60,489 bases of DNA from a virus (taxonomy: Duplodnaviria; Caudoviricetes). Every line of letters starts with the position of its first letter. The first letter of the stretch is position 1. The notes below the pieces were generated by a model. The model saw nothing but the letters and a program-made list of their open reading frames with translations. It searched no databases and was not told the origin of the DNA. Shown here piece after piece: positions 7,810 to 17,259 of this stretch. The position numbers were made by a program, and so were the translations under genes. The stretch is taken from positions 1 to 60,489 of IMG/VR virus record IMGVR_UViG_3300020200_000001. One strand, 5' to 3'.

Positions 7810-10800
7810 TCAGGCCGGTCCAGATGGTGTGACATCGGCCACATTGGTATTCGGGTAAGCACGCCCACTGCCCCACATGATGCGAACCGCACCACTTCCG
7901 CCGTTACCCGAGGCGCTAGGCCATGAAGTTCCGGGGCCCCCGCCGCCTCCGCCGTAATCCCCGCCTTGGATGTTGCTGGAAGACTGGCCGCTACCACTGA
8001 ACGGATTTTCTCCATACATACCGTTTGACCCGCCATGCGCTCCGGATCCCCCATTGCCCCAACCCGCATTATTGTTGTAGCTAGTAAAGGGGTTGTAGAA
8101 CGCGTTGCCAGGAGAAGGCCACCCCGTCGGGCCATACAAGTTTACGCCTCCGCCAGCACCAGTGCCGTAAGTGGAGCTGTAGTAACTGCCGCCATATGCG
8201 CCCTGGACAGTCCCGTTCCAGCTTTCCTGGCCGTTACCACCTCGTCCAATATAGCCCCCAGCACCGCCACCACCTTGGTAGTTAGGGGCGTTACCCCCGG
8301 CACCACCCCCGGTGCCGACGTAGCCCCCGCCGTAGCTATTCGCATTTGGGCCGCTCGTGGAAATACCGGATGCGTTTCCGCCACCATACCCTGATACAGT
8401 GCCCAGGCTGATGAAATAGGAGTTGCCGCCCAACAGCGTAGGACTTGCGCTAGAGGTTGTGGACTGGCCGCCTGCGCCGACCACAACGGTGTATGTCTGG
8501 CCAGGCACCACAGTGATATTGTTCTTCCAGCCCAGGCCACCACCACTACCGGCTGGGTTAGCCCAGTTGTCCTGGCCTGCACCGCCGCCGCCTATGCACA
8601 CGACCGAGACCGAAGTTACGGCGGCCGGGGCTGTCCAGCTATATGTTCCTGCGCTGGTGTACTGGTTCTGGCCCTGAATCGTGCCGAGATAAGGAGTCCA
8701 AGTAAATACCCGGCTATTGGAGTAAACGCCGTTAGTAGCAGTTACCGTAAAGTTGAATGTTGAGAGGTATCCAATCGGACCTGCAGGGGCGGTTCCGGAG
8801 AGCACCCCCGCTGAAGACAGCGTCAGCCAAGCCGGAATCGCGCCTGCACTGACGGTGTGGACCACAACCCCAGACAACGCAGTCGCTTGTGTGGCAGTGG
8901 AAGTAAAGGCTGCGGACGGTGTAACTGTATCAGGCAGTACGCCTGCACCAAAGATTGGATAAGCCCCGTTAACAACTAGCGTCAATGCCTCGGTAATGTT
9001 CCCGGTGTTACTCGACCCATCAGCTCGAATGTTAAAACCGGAATAAGAACCTGCAGCAGTGCTAGAGCCGACCGTGAGGACCCCGGTTGAACTGTTGATT
9101 GAAACACCAGAAGGAATGCTTCCAGTCAACGACCAAGATGCCGGTGGCAACAACGTGTTGGAGAAAATGGCATAGTTATAGGTGATGGCTGTGCCTGTCT
9201 GAGCAAAAATGCTGTCGGGCCCAACAATGTCGTTGAGAGCCAATGCTTGAAAGGCCAGGGTAGAACCTGCACTGGTCAAAACTTTACCGGTCTCACCGAC
9301 TGAGGTCGGAATCGCCTGCGGTACGCGTGTATCAACATACGTCTTGACTGCGGCCTCTGTGGGCACAGCGACGTTGGTTGGATTCGCTCCGCCAAGCGTC
9401 ACGTCAGACGAAAACTCATTGATAGTTTCGCCAAGCTGTGCGCCAATCGAACCAAGTCGCAGAGAAGTCAAACCGGCTAGGTTGAACGCATTGGCATTTA
9501 GCGTTGCAGTACCTGTTGCCTGATCAACCCGGAAATATTCGCCCACACGGAAATTACCGTCTTGGTCGGTCGACACGTAGTAGACGCGGCCGGGCAGGTC
9601 CTCGTTAACCTCGTTGCCTTGTGCAGGAGGCTGTGTCGGAGTGTTGGGGTAGTTCGTGGTTGCAATGCCGCCAGTACCAATGCTCAAAAAGTCATGGCCG
9701 GTAAGTCGGATCTGCGAGTAGTTATTCCGCAACGTGACCACTGCTCCTGGAGCAGACGGCGTCAACTTCTCCTGGGCAAGCGCCAACGACATCACACTAG
9801 ACGAGTCGACATAGGTTCCACTGACAGACTGGATGACATACGCCGCAGAGTCCCCCGTAACCTGAAGACTTGCTCCGGGCTGTGGCGCATCATTAAATCC
9901 ATTTGCAACCAGTAAATAGCCCATCTGGTTCGACACGCCACTACCGGTTAAGGTAAGAGTGTACGTACCATCCGTGATGTCCTCGCCGTTTTGGAAGTCA
10001 GCAACAGACGTTTGGTTGTAATAGATCTTCGCAGCAGACGCTTGAAGGTTTGTTACCGTACCAGTGGCCCCAGAAGTTACGCCGGTGACTGTGGTACCTG
10101 CAGCAAACCCTTGGGTAATCGGATCTGTAGTAACTGTAAGCTGCTTACCGTAAAGTGCTCCAACATGGGGAATTTCTGAGGCCAAGAATCCAAAAGAAGC
10201 CGATCCCCAAGTACCATAAGAGTTATTACCGTTGAGTGCCCGGATAACACCGCCACCTGAAGTGGCATAGCCGAAGTAGGCGTAGTAAGTAAAGCAGGAA
10301 ACAATTTCCCCGCGACCACCGTCTTTTACCCAAAAGCCAATGCCGTTATCAGCGATGATGGTGTAGCCGTGAAACAGCATCGACTTGTAGCCGCTTGCCT
10401 GTGTCGACCCGTCAACAAACGCACCAATCAACCCCGAACCAATTGCCGAGCACTCTAAGATGTAAGGGGATTTTGTGGTGACTGTAGAAGCCGGGTTGAG
10501 CGCGGCCACAACGCCTTTTGGCGTGGAAGTTCGGATATCTCCAGGAGTACCGCCAGGCACCCAGCCAGTCATACCTGTAAACGTCATCTTGTTCAGGATG
10601 GACGCGTTGGACATCAGGAACATCGTTGCCTGGTTGTTTGGCGTAATGCCATCGGCTGCCAGGCCTGCGGCGGGCTGCACGATCACAGTACGTTGGTTGT
10701 CGCCAACGATCGCCACCGTGGGCGGAATCACGATGGGCAGAGCGGCCTCTAGGTACGTACCGGTCTTGACGAAAATCGTCGCAGGCTGACCGGCAGGAAC

Positions 10801-12099
10801 GGCAGCCACCGCCGCCTGAATGCTCGCAAACGGCAGCGCCAGGGTTGTGCCCGGGTAGGTGTCATCACCGTCCGGCGACACGTAGAAGATGTTCGTCGAA
10901 CCGCTGGCGTTTAGCCACGCAATGCCTGCGCCAGTCGGATCGACCGACAGCGAGTAGCCTTCCTGGCCGGGAGCGATGACGGGGAGAACGTCGTCGCCGC
11001 CCTGTGCAAAGAACACCCACTTGCCTGCATCAAACTCAACGCTGAAGTTGGTGCCGGAGGTGAAGTCCTCAGTCGCGATGTAGGACGAACCGACCTGACG
11101 AACGATGTCGTTGACCAGGTACGGGGTGTTCTGTGCCCACACGCCGCGCCAGCGGATGCCTCCGTTGAAGATCTCCCACTTGCCTGCGGCCAAGTCTGTA
11201 GCAAAGGTGCCAGAAGTGTTGGTCTGCAAGCAGGAATAGGTGTTCCCGCCGTAGACGACAATGTCGTAAGGCAGGTACAGAGTAGCAGTCGTCCACTCCC
11301 CGCGCTGGCGCAGGCCAGAAACGAAGATCGACCACTTGCCTGCGGCCAAGTCGGTTGAGAACACGCCGGAGGTGTTCTGGATCTGGCAGGCGTATGTGTT
11401 GGCACCGTACTGGACCAGGTCATTGACGTAGTACAGCGTGCCAGTCTGCCAGGCCCCACGGTTCTCAAATGCGGAGATCCAGGGAGTCCAGTAGTTGGTA
11501 TCGGTCGGAGGATTGCCGGTCGTGTTGGCGGTACAGATGTACAGATTCGCGCCGTATGCGACCACGTCGTTCGGGGCATACGCCGTCGCGTTGTTGTACA
11601 CGCCCTCAGGAGCAATACCGGTGACGAAAGGGTCCCAATAGACAGTGTTTGTCGGGTCGTTGCCTACAGTCGTCTGCTTGGCGATATAGGCATTGCCGCC
11701 GTACTTGACGACGTCGTTGGCCTGGTACGAGGTGACGGGGTTGTAATTGCCTTCCCACTGGATCGCCTCAACAAACTGCGACCAGAAAGCAGGGAATAAA
11801 TCAGGCCGCTTGTTGATGTTGTCCTGCAGCGCCACGTACACCGTCGAGCCGTATGCGACGGCGTCGCCGATGTAATACTGGGTGGCATTCGTCCACTCGC
11901 CAACGAAGTTGATGCCCTCAACCATCAGCGCCCAGTACGCCGTGTCGGTCGGCTCATTGCCGATCGTCTTGACGACGTTGATGTAGACGTAGACGTTACC
12001 GCCGTAGCGGACAACGTCGTTCAGTTCATACTCAGTGAGCGGGTTGTAGTTGCCAGCCCAGTAGAACCGTAATTTTCCAAGATCGACGACTGTAGTCAT
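7810..12099 (-). CDS. Long tail fibre / receptor-binding protein (1429 aa)
   Basis: N-terminal G.W/Y...T.Y..ND.V.YG repeats, pectin-lyase-like segment, Ig-like (He_PIG) repeats, Gly-rich C-terminus. Confidence 0.85.
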   Translation of the reverse strand: MTTVVDLGKLRFYWAGNYNPLTEYELNDVVRYGGNVYVYINVVKTIGNEPTDTAYWALMVEGINFVGEWTNATQYYIGDAVAYGSTVYVALQDNINKRPDLFPAFWSQFVEAIQWEGNYNPVTSYQANDVVKYGGNAYIAKQTTVGNDPTNTVYWDPFVTGIAPEGVYNNATAYAPNDVVAYGANLYICTANTTGNPPTDTNYWTPWISAFENRGAWQTGTLYYVNDLVQYGANTYACQIQNTSGVFSTDLAAGKWSIFVSGLRQRGEWTTATLYLPYDIVVYGGNTYSCLQTNTSGTFATDLAAGKWEIFNGGIRWRGVWAQNTPYLVNDIVRQVGSSYIATEDFTSGTNFSVEFDAGKWVFFAQGGDDVLPVIAPGQEGYSLSVDPTGAGIAWLNASGSTNIFYVSPDGDDTYPGTTLALPFASIQAAVAAVPAGQPATIFVKTGTYLEAALPIVIPPTVAIVGDNQRTVIVQPAAGLAADGITPNNQATMFLMSNASILNKMTFTGMTGWVPGGTPGDIRTSTPKGVVAALNPASTVTTKSPYILECSAIGSGLIGAFVDGSTQASGYKSMLFHGYTIIADNGIGFWVKDGGRGEIVSCFTYYAYFGYATSGGGVIRALNGNNSYGTWGSASFGFLASEIPHVGALYGKQLTVTTDPITQGFAAGTTVTGVTSGATGTVTNLQASAAKIYYNQTSVADFQNGEDITDGTYTLTLTGSGVSNQMGYLLVANGFNDAPQPGASLQVTGDSAAYVIQSVSGTYVDSSSVMSLALAQEKLTPSAPGAVVTLRNNYSQIRLTGHDFLSIGTGGIATTNYPNTPTQPPAQGNEVNEDLPGRVYYVSTDQDGNFRVGEYFRVDQATGTATLNANAFNLAGLTSLRLGSIGAQLGETINEFSSDVTLGGANPTNVAVPTEAAVKTYVDTRVPQAIPTSVGETGKVLTSAGSTLAFQALALNDIVGPDSIFAQTGTAITYNYAIFSNTLLPPASWSLTGSIPSGVSINSSTGVLTVGSSTAAGSYSGFNIRADGSSNTGNITEALTLVVNGAYPIFGAGVLPDTVTPSAAFTSTATQATALSGVVVHTVSAGAIPAWLTLSSAGVLSGTAPAGPIGYLSTFNFTVTATNGVYSNSRVFTWTPYLGTIQGQNQYTSAGTYSWTAPAAVTSVSVVCIGGGGAGQDNWANPAGSGGGLGWKNNITVVPGQTYTVVVGAGGQSTTSSASPTLLGGNSYFISLGTVSGYGGGNASGISTSGPNANSYGGGYVGTGGGAGGNAPNYQGGGGAGGYIGRGGNGQESWNGTVQGAYGGSYYSSTYGTGAGGGVNLYGPTGWPSPGNAFYNPFTSYNNNAGWGNGGSGAHGGSNGMYGENPFSGSGQSSSNIQGGDYGGGGGGPGTSWPSASGNGGSGAVRIMWGSGRAYPNTNVADVTPSGPA

Positions 12100-12329
12100 A
12101 TGAACACCATCTCCAGGTGACCCTTATCGCCCCACCGGAACTGATAAGTGTCGGTTGACCAAATCCAGTTTACGTATTCATTTGGGCCAATGATGTAGCC
12201 CGGCTGCGGCAAGTGGACCGTCGAACCATCGTTGATGATGTCTACGTTCAAATCTCCTGTTGCCTGGATCAGCTTGAACCCGTAAAAGGTCTTATTTGCT
12301 AAATCCGTCCCTGTGTGAAAACCAGCCAT
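12096..12329 (-). CDS. Small tail-region hypothetical protein
   Basis: Translationally coupled within the tail operon. Confidence 0.65.
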   Translation of the reverse strand: MAGFHTGTDLANKTFYGFKLIQATGDLNVDIINDGSTVHLPQPGYIIGPNEYVNWIWSTDTYQFRWGDKGHLEMVFI

Positions 12330-12643
12330 TAGACGCTCTCCAATACAGAAACAAGGATGTCAAACCCATTGTTGACTGCCGTAGAGGCCATGAGCTGGTC
12401 ACCAGCTTCAAGAACAATCTTGTTGCCTCGCATCAACTCTTCCGTGCGACCTGGGCCGACTCGGAATTGTTGAAGAATCCTAGTGTCATTGGAACTCCTT
12501 CTGTGCCAAACGTCAATCGGGAGTTCCGAGCCATAAATATTCGCCGCACTTAGTCCAATAACCACGGTTCCGCTGGCGGCCGTGTGGATAGTGGTGGCAG
12601 ACATGCCTAGATTGCGGGTTGCGGTACTTTTAAAAGATGCCAT
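12329..12643 (-). CDS. Small virion structural protein
   Basis: KIVLEAGDQL...DILVSVLE motif; similar to 58961..59299. Confidence 0.7.
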   Translation of the reverse strand: MASFKSTATRNLGMSATTIHTAASGTVVIGLSAANIYGSELPIDVWHRRSSNDTRILQQFRVGPGRTEELMRGNKIVLEAGDQLMASTAVNNGFDILVSVLESV

Positions 12644-12646
12644 GGC

Positions 12647-13024
12647 TTACCCCAATGCAATCGCAAAAACAATTGCAGACCCAGCCGGGTCATAGACCAG
12701 CGAGCCGTCTGCATTGTTGTAGACCGCCCGTTCAGCAGGAAGGGTACAAAACACCTCTTTCGTGCCTGCCCCAAAGTTGACGATCAAGTTGTTATTTGAG
12801 CTTGTTAGAATCAGATCGCGAGAGATCGCCCCGGAACTGTAGGTCCCTACGCCAACCTCCCATTGACCGAGCTGATCGTTGGTGATGGTGTAGTAAGTGA
12901 CGTTGCCCTCGCCGATCGCAGCCGCAAAAGTCGTATACCCTGTATACGCTCCCGTGACTGTAAAGTTCCCCGTACCAGCAGAAGCACTGGTTTCGCGGAC
13001 TCGATCTGAGAGGACTAAGGGCAT
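12647..13024 (-). CDS. Tail structural protein
   Basis: LVLSDRVRETS...WEVGVGTY...GTKEVFCTLPA motif typical of aquatic phage tail proteins. Confidence 0.72.
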   Translation of the reverse strand: MPLVLSDRVRETSASAGTGNFTVTGAYTGYTTFAAAIGEGNVTYYTITNDQLGQWEVGVGTYSSGAISRDLILTSSNNNLIVNFGAGTKEVFCTLPAERAVYNNADGSLVYDPAGSAIVFAIALG

Positions 13025-13026
13025 TT

Positions 13027-13458
13027 TTACACCAATCGAATAACAGCGGTGGCAGGACCAGGAGGCGGGAAGATGACAGTAAAGTCACCGTCAGTGGCCG
13101 TCTTGTCCGACCCGAAATCGAACACCGCAACGCCCTTGTTGCCTTCCGTGCTGTTGTAGATCATGCAGCCACGGGCCGTCAAAGTGACGTTCGGGAAGGT
13201 CAGGTCGTTGAAATCCAAAAATGCAGTAGTGCCAGAAAGCGCCACACCCAAACTAGTCAACTGACCGCCGCCTGCCGGGTAGTTCGTACCTACCGAGGAC
13301 ACCTCATCGGAGGTCGTGTACACAGTGGTGGACGCGTCAATCGTCGCGGCCGAGGTGTACAGCGCCAGAAAAAAGGTGTCCCCAGGGACATCAAAATCAT
13401 GCACGCCTTCAAAAAGCTGCTGTTTGAAACTAGAGCAAATTGCTTGTGTAATTGCCAT
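13027..13458 (-). CDS. Tail structural protein
   Basis: MAITQAICSSFK..L..G.HDF, ALYTS.A, ARG..IYN, DFGSDK. Confidence 0.75.
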   Translation of the reverse strand: MAITQAICSSFKQQLFEGVHDFDVPGDTFFLALYTSAATIDASTTVYTTSDEVSSVGTNYPAGGGQLTSLGVALSGTTAFLDFNDLTFPNVTLTARGCMIYNSTEGNKGVAVFDFGSDKTATDGDFTVIFPPPGPATAVIRLV

Positions 13459-13459
13459 T

Positions 13460-13744
13460 TTAATTCTCCAAGAGTTTCACCAGATCGGCGTGTCCAAATG
13501 ATTTTAACTTAGCTGACAAAGTTGTTCTATCAGAAACGATAGCTTGTCGCATGTAGTGGATCAAAAGGACGCGAATCTGTTCTTTGAATGCCTGAGCCTG
13601 GTCACGGATCACAGGGTGGACGTTCTCGCCGACGTACATAATCTTTTCAAGCGCCTCATCGGCAAGCTCCTCCGGCGTCCGGCCACGGTTATTTGTGGTT
13701 CGGACAGAGACACTGTTAAGTGCGGTCGAGAATTGGATATCCAT
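13460..13744 (-). CDS. Conserved phage hypothetical protein
   Basis: TTNNRG.TPEE..., IRDQA.AFK; operon-packed. Confidence 0.7.
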   Translation of the reverse strand: MDIQFSTALNSVSVRTTNNRGRTPEELADEALEKIMYVGENVHPVIRDQAQAFKEQIRVLLIHYMRQAIVSDRTTLSAKLKSFGHADLVKLLEN

Positions 13745-14407
13745 TTAAGGCCCCGGACTAGGTGATTTAATCGGCAGACGGGCCATGCCGTCCCTGTATT
13801 CGTCGCGACGACGACGACCCTGTTGCTCGATGCCCAGACCTTGAATCGCCTGCTTGTAGCTGTTCTCAAAATAAGCCAGCATGTCTGTCGGCCCTTTGGT
13901 GTAGCTGTAGGCCTGGATCAGGCAAGCGTACAAAAGAGCTTCAGGGGCATAGGTGCTAATCCAGGTGTTTTGGACAGCCTGTGAAATCTGTGGAGGCCTA
14001 CGGATATACCCTAACTCGACCACATAGTTGGCATTTGGAGTAGGCGCAATGTAGAAACTGTCCTGGTCCCAGATCGAGTAGTACTTGGGGATCCCAACAT
14101 CATTCCCGTCTGGCCAGTACTCCTTCATGAAGGATGTATCGCGGAAATCCAAAAAGATCTGATCATTAGTCACCGGCACCGTAATCATCATGTACCGATG
14201 CGTAAGCATGTCCGAAGGCGCAGTCAGAAACTTGTTGTTGTTGGTCATCGTTCCAGAGACCTCCAACTTGAACACATCTAGGTCAATGTCGCGGAGAATG
14301 CGATTCTCCGCCATCGTAATGAACGTGTTGATCACCGAGTCAGAGAACACATTGGACCCGACTTCGGTGTAGTTACGGATGTTGGTGACAAGTTCGTTGT
14401 AGGTCAT
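13745..14407 (-). CDS. Head-tail adaptor / tail tubular A-like protein
   Basis: MTYNEL...I..Y.E, AENRI.R, G.PKYY, APTP, LLYACL. Confidence 0.75.
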   Translation of the reverse strand: MTYNELVTNIRNYTEVGSNVFSDSVINTFITMAENRILRDIDLDVFKLEVSGTMTNNNKFLTAPSDMLTHRYMMITVPVTNDQIFLDFRDTSFMKEYWPDGNDVGIPKYYSIWDQDSFYIAPTPNANYVVELGYIRRPPQISQAVQNTWISTYAPEALLYACLIQAYSYTKGPTDMLAYFENSYKQAIQGLGIEQQGRRRRDEYRDGMARLPIKSPSPGP

Positions 14408-14775
14408 GTGATCATCACCGTCAATGTCCCAAGGCTCATGCGGCCTATCAAGGAAGGCTGCTGAGGCTCAGGCTTCATGTTCGTAGGGCTCGATACCGAT
14501 CCATTCAGCGTGTTGGATCCCCCAATGCTTTGGAACGCGGAATCTGCGGGAGCCCCGATATAAACCGACACAGGTTCAACTCGGTCAGGTCGAGGCTGCA
14601 AAAGAGCGATCGCATCGCCGTTGTATTTCAAAGGCTCAAGCTGAGGCTCTTTTGGCTCGTAGTCATCAGGGCACACTTTAAAACCGCGCCAATTCGTCCG
14701 CAGGACGTTATACGGATACCGCTGACCGCAGTAATCGCATAAGCCAAAGGAGAATTTGCCGGTCGCGTATGCCAT
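14404..14775 (-). CDS. Cys-motif virion-region protein
   Basis: MAYATGK..GLCDYCG.RY...VCP..EPK.PQL. Confidence 0.7.
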   Translation of the reverse strand: MAYATGKFSFGLCDYCGQRYPYNVLRTNWRGFKVCPDDYEPKEPQLEPLKYNGDAIALLQPRPDRVEPVSVYIGAPADSAFQSIGGSNTLNGSVSSPTNMKPEPQQPSLIGRMSLGTLTVMIT

Positions 14776-14776
14776 G

Positions 14777-15442
14777 TCAGTACTCCAACTGAGGCACAAA
14801 CGACACGCTTGCAATGTCGCGATCTTCCTGGGCGGCTCGCGTGAAGTCTTCCTCGTAAATCTGCTTGAGAACGCCTGTGCGCTCGGGGGCATATTTAAGG
14901 GACAGTTGATACGCGAGACCAGACGCCAAGCAAGGCAAGAACCGGAAATTCACGTCTGACGTGTTGGTGTACCCGCCTGCATCTTGGATGCGTCGAATAC
15001 GGTAGTAGACAAACCCGTAGTTCTGGTTAGCGGCCGGATAAAAAAAGACCTTTGGGACGTTTGTTCGCTGCACATAGTACTGTGCAGGACGAGCTTGGGT
15101 CGTCTTATCCGGGACGTTTAGGTATTCCTCGCGGCTAATTCGATCGATAGTGATGTCAGTGGAAGGGGACTGTGAATAGTCTCGAATCACCGCTGACAGC
15201 ACGTTAACCGTGTCCGCCGCTAAAGAAATCTCGTTTGTCCCAGGGGTAAGCGGGTAAATCGCCTGCTCAATTGTCCAAAGGTTTAGGCCGCGATTGGCCC
15301 AATCCAAGAACAAAAGATTGAGCGACCGACGCGCAGAAGTAAGCTGATAACCATTAGTCATCCGCATACCACAACGCTCAAACGCCTCTTCGATTAGGTC
15401 ATCGATCGAGAGGTTGAAGTCGGTCGTCCCAGAGGTGGCCAT
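14777..15442 (-). CDS. Head-tail adaptor (P22 gp4-like)
   Basis: MATSGT..F.L.I..IEEAFERCG, ARRSLN, WANRGLNLW. Confidence 0.75.
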   Translation of the reverse strand: MATSGTTDFNLSIDDLIEEAFERCGMRMTNGYQLTSARRSLNLLFLDWANRGLNLWTIEQAIYPLTPGTNEISLAADTVNVLSAVIRDYSQSPSTDITIDRISREEYLNVPDKTTQARPAQYYVQRTNVPKVFFYPAANQNYGFVYYRIRRIQDAGGYTNTSDVNFRFLPCLASGLAYQLSLKYAPERTGVLKQIYEEDFTRAAQEDRDIASVSFVPQLEY

Positions 15443-15636
15443 TAGTCACACATCCCGCCTGCACGCATTTTCTTGACGCCCTTCATGGCCATCATCTTGT
15501 GCGCATTGACTGCCCCGCCCTTTCTCATCATCACGGGACCTGTCTTTTTGCTGGTCTTAGAGACCATACGATTTTTTGGGCCGCTCATTACGCAGCCGCC
15601 GCCTTTGGTGGCGCAACCCATGCCTTTTCCAGCCAT
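15442..15636 (-). CDS. Small basic protein with xxGG motifs
   Basis: K/M-rich; ATKGG, MRKGG, MRAGG. Confidence 0.7.
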   Translation of the reverse strand: MAGKGMGCATKGGGCVMSGPKNRMVSKTSKKTGPVMMRKGGAVNAHKMMAMKGVKKMRAGGMCD

Positions 15637-15638
15637 GA

Positions 15639-15977
15639 TTACTTTCCTTTCTTGGCGACTTTGTCGCCCTTCTTTATTGCCATCATCCCGCCGGTAAGGG
15701 CAGGTCCCATTTTCTTCATGGCGCGACCCTTCGCGTCTGAAGTTACGCGCTTCAAGGCGCGTCCTGCATTGTCAAGCAAGACCATTTTTGCCATGCCCCC
15801 GCTCGCCATTTTTTTCGTCTTTTTCATGGTGCTCTCCTTAGCTGTTTTGGCTGATTCTACGAACGCTTCTTTCGTGGGCGACCCCTTCGAGCCGGGCTTG
15901 CGCATTCTTTCTCCTGAGCCTTCGGCGATTCTTTTCCTCTTGGCCCAGATGTTGGCGTAGAGTCCTGGCTTTGACAT
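15639..15977 (-). CDS. Small basic protein
   Basis: GLYANI.AKRKRI..GSGE.MRKPG; MASGG. Confidence 0.72.
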   Translation of the reverse strand: MSKPGLYANIWAKRKRIAEGSGERMRKPGSKGSPTKEAFVESAKTAKESTMKKTKKMASGGMAKMVLLDNAGRALKRVTSDAKGRAMKKMGPALTGGMMAIKKGDKVAKKGK

Positions 15978-15992
15978 GTGATCTCCTTTTTT

Positions 15993-16238
15993 TCAGCTTC
16001 GCTGGGTGATTTGGTCGAGCTTTGCTTCGAGTCTGTTGAATCTATTGTCGACGTGTTCGACAATTTTCTCCAGATCTGCACGAACTTCTGCACGAGTGAT
16101 GTGATCACGGGCAACCTCCTCTCTTGTTTTGTTAAGAAGAATGCTGAGACGAGTCACCTCAGCGAACTTCTCTTTTAGTACGAACCCCATAATTCCCACC
16201 AATCCCGTAAGGATGATGTTCCAGATCAGCATCTCCAT
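15993..16238 (-). CDS. Small membrane-anchored coiled-coil protein
   Basis: N-terminal hydrophobic helix, ILLNKTREE. Confidence 0.7.
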   Translation of the reverse strand: MEMLIWNIILTGLVGIMGFVLKEKFAEVTRLSILLNKTREEVARDHITRAEVRADLEKIVEHVDNRFNRLEAKLDQITQRS

Positions 16239-16241
16239 GGC

Positions 16242-16538
16242 TCAACACTTCCATCTTTTTCTCGCCTGGCGAAGGCGACTATTCGGATCTTTAGCGGCCT
16301 CCGGAAACATCTTCATTTGCCCCGCCGAACGCGCGCAATAACTTTTGCGGCGTTTGGCACGTGAGACGGAATACGGCTTCTGCTCCGTCACGGCAGTCAT
16401 TAGTTTGCTTCCAGGGTTCGCACGACGATAGGCTGCCACGCCTTTTTTTGTCATGCCCGCTCCTGTCTTAGTGGCGCGAAAATTTCCGCTCTCCACTGAG
16501 GTTTTGATGCCCATTCCTGATCGTTTAGCTGTCGCCAT
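16242..16538 (-). CDS. Basic phage protein (DUF6321-like)
   Basis: KRRKSYCARS.G...KDPNSRL..AR.RWKC. Confidence 0.7.
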   Translation of the reverse strand: MATAKRSGMGIKTSVESGNFRATKTGAGMTKKGVAAYRRANPGSKLMTAVTEQKPYSVSRAKRRKSYCARSAGQMKMFPEAAKDPNSRLRQARKRWKC

Positions 16539-16574
16539 CGCGAAATCCAGTCTAGTGATAGGACATGAGGTACA

Positions 16575-16877
16575 TTACGTGGCAGCCCCGCCCTCGAAAA
16601 GGACCGTGACACTAGTGATAGTCGCCCCAAACTTCAGGAATAAGCCGTCCTTAAACAGGATGCCCTGATCCGGAATCACAAAGTTCTGGGAGTCAGCAAC
16701 GGAAGTTGATGACAATGTCATCAACTTTGGGTCAGTGTCAGCATTGCCATCGTAAAACTCAAGCGCAGACGGGGCTCCCGCGCCGTGCGTGAAATACACA
16801 CCACACACGCGATTACGACCGTTGATAGCCTGCCCTGTAGCCGCCTTATAGACGGTTGAGATATTACTCGCGCCCAT
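16575..16877 (-). CDS. Small structural protein
   Basis: IP..GILFKDG motif; downstream of capsid. Confidence 0.68.
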   Translation of the reverse strand: MGASNISTVYKAATGQAINGRNRVCGVYFTHGAGAPSALEFYDGNADTDPKLMTLSSTSVADSQNFVIPDQGILFKDGLFLKFGATITSVTVLFEGGAAT

Positions 16878-16889
16878 AGTACACCTCCA

Positions 16890-17117
16890 TTAAGCAGGGG
16901 TGACGGTAGTAGCGTTAGAGCCTTTCCACGCGGAAGCTGCGGTAGCGCCCGTTGCGGTGTAGATCACGCCCGTGGCGAGGTCTACAACAGTCTTGCCGAC
17001 AAACTTGTCTGTGGTGTTGGCTGGATCGGCAATAGCGCCGAGAGCGGCGGCCGTTGCGACCGGGAAAACGAATCCGTTGTTAGAAGCAACTGGACCCGAA
17101 AAAGTAGTGCGTGCCAT
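16890..17117 (-). CDS. Small structural protein
   Basis: MARTTFSGPV.S.NGF start; follows the structured leader. Confidence 0.72.
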   Translation of the reverse strand: MARTTFSGPVASNNGFVFPVATAAALGAIADPANTTDKFVGKTVVDLATGVIYTATGATAASAWKGSNATTVTPA

Positions 17118-17124
17118 TTCTGGT

Positions 17125-17200
17125 TCCTCACATGCGAGTTATGGCGTTTCTGTCTGCATGTCGTCAGCCGGGACTGTCAGAAACACCGGGGACCCCGGTA
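17125..17200 (-). ncRNA. Structured RNA downstream of capsid gene (candidate Mu-gpT-DE motif)
   Basis: 10-bp stem GGUGUUUCUG/CAGAAACGCC; loop ACAUGC complementary to downstream GCAUGU next to SD GAGGA; immediately downstream of a gpT-like capsid gene. Confidence 0.6.
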
Positions 17201-17224
17201 TATATCAAATATACACCCATTCTC

Positions 17225-17256
17225 AAAAAAGAAAAAGGGGGCCGAAGCCCCCTTTT
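17225..17256 (-). terminator. Rho-independent terminator after major capsid gene
   Basis: GGGGGC-TTCG-GCCCCC followed by U-tract. Confidence 0.88.
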
Positions 17257-17259
17257 CCA

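Noticed and set aside
7810-12099. Diversity-generating retroelement or invertase targeting the tail fibre
   Set aside because: No reverse transcriptase, recombinase or TR/VR repeat pair seen
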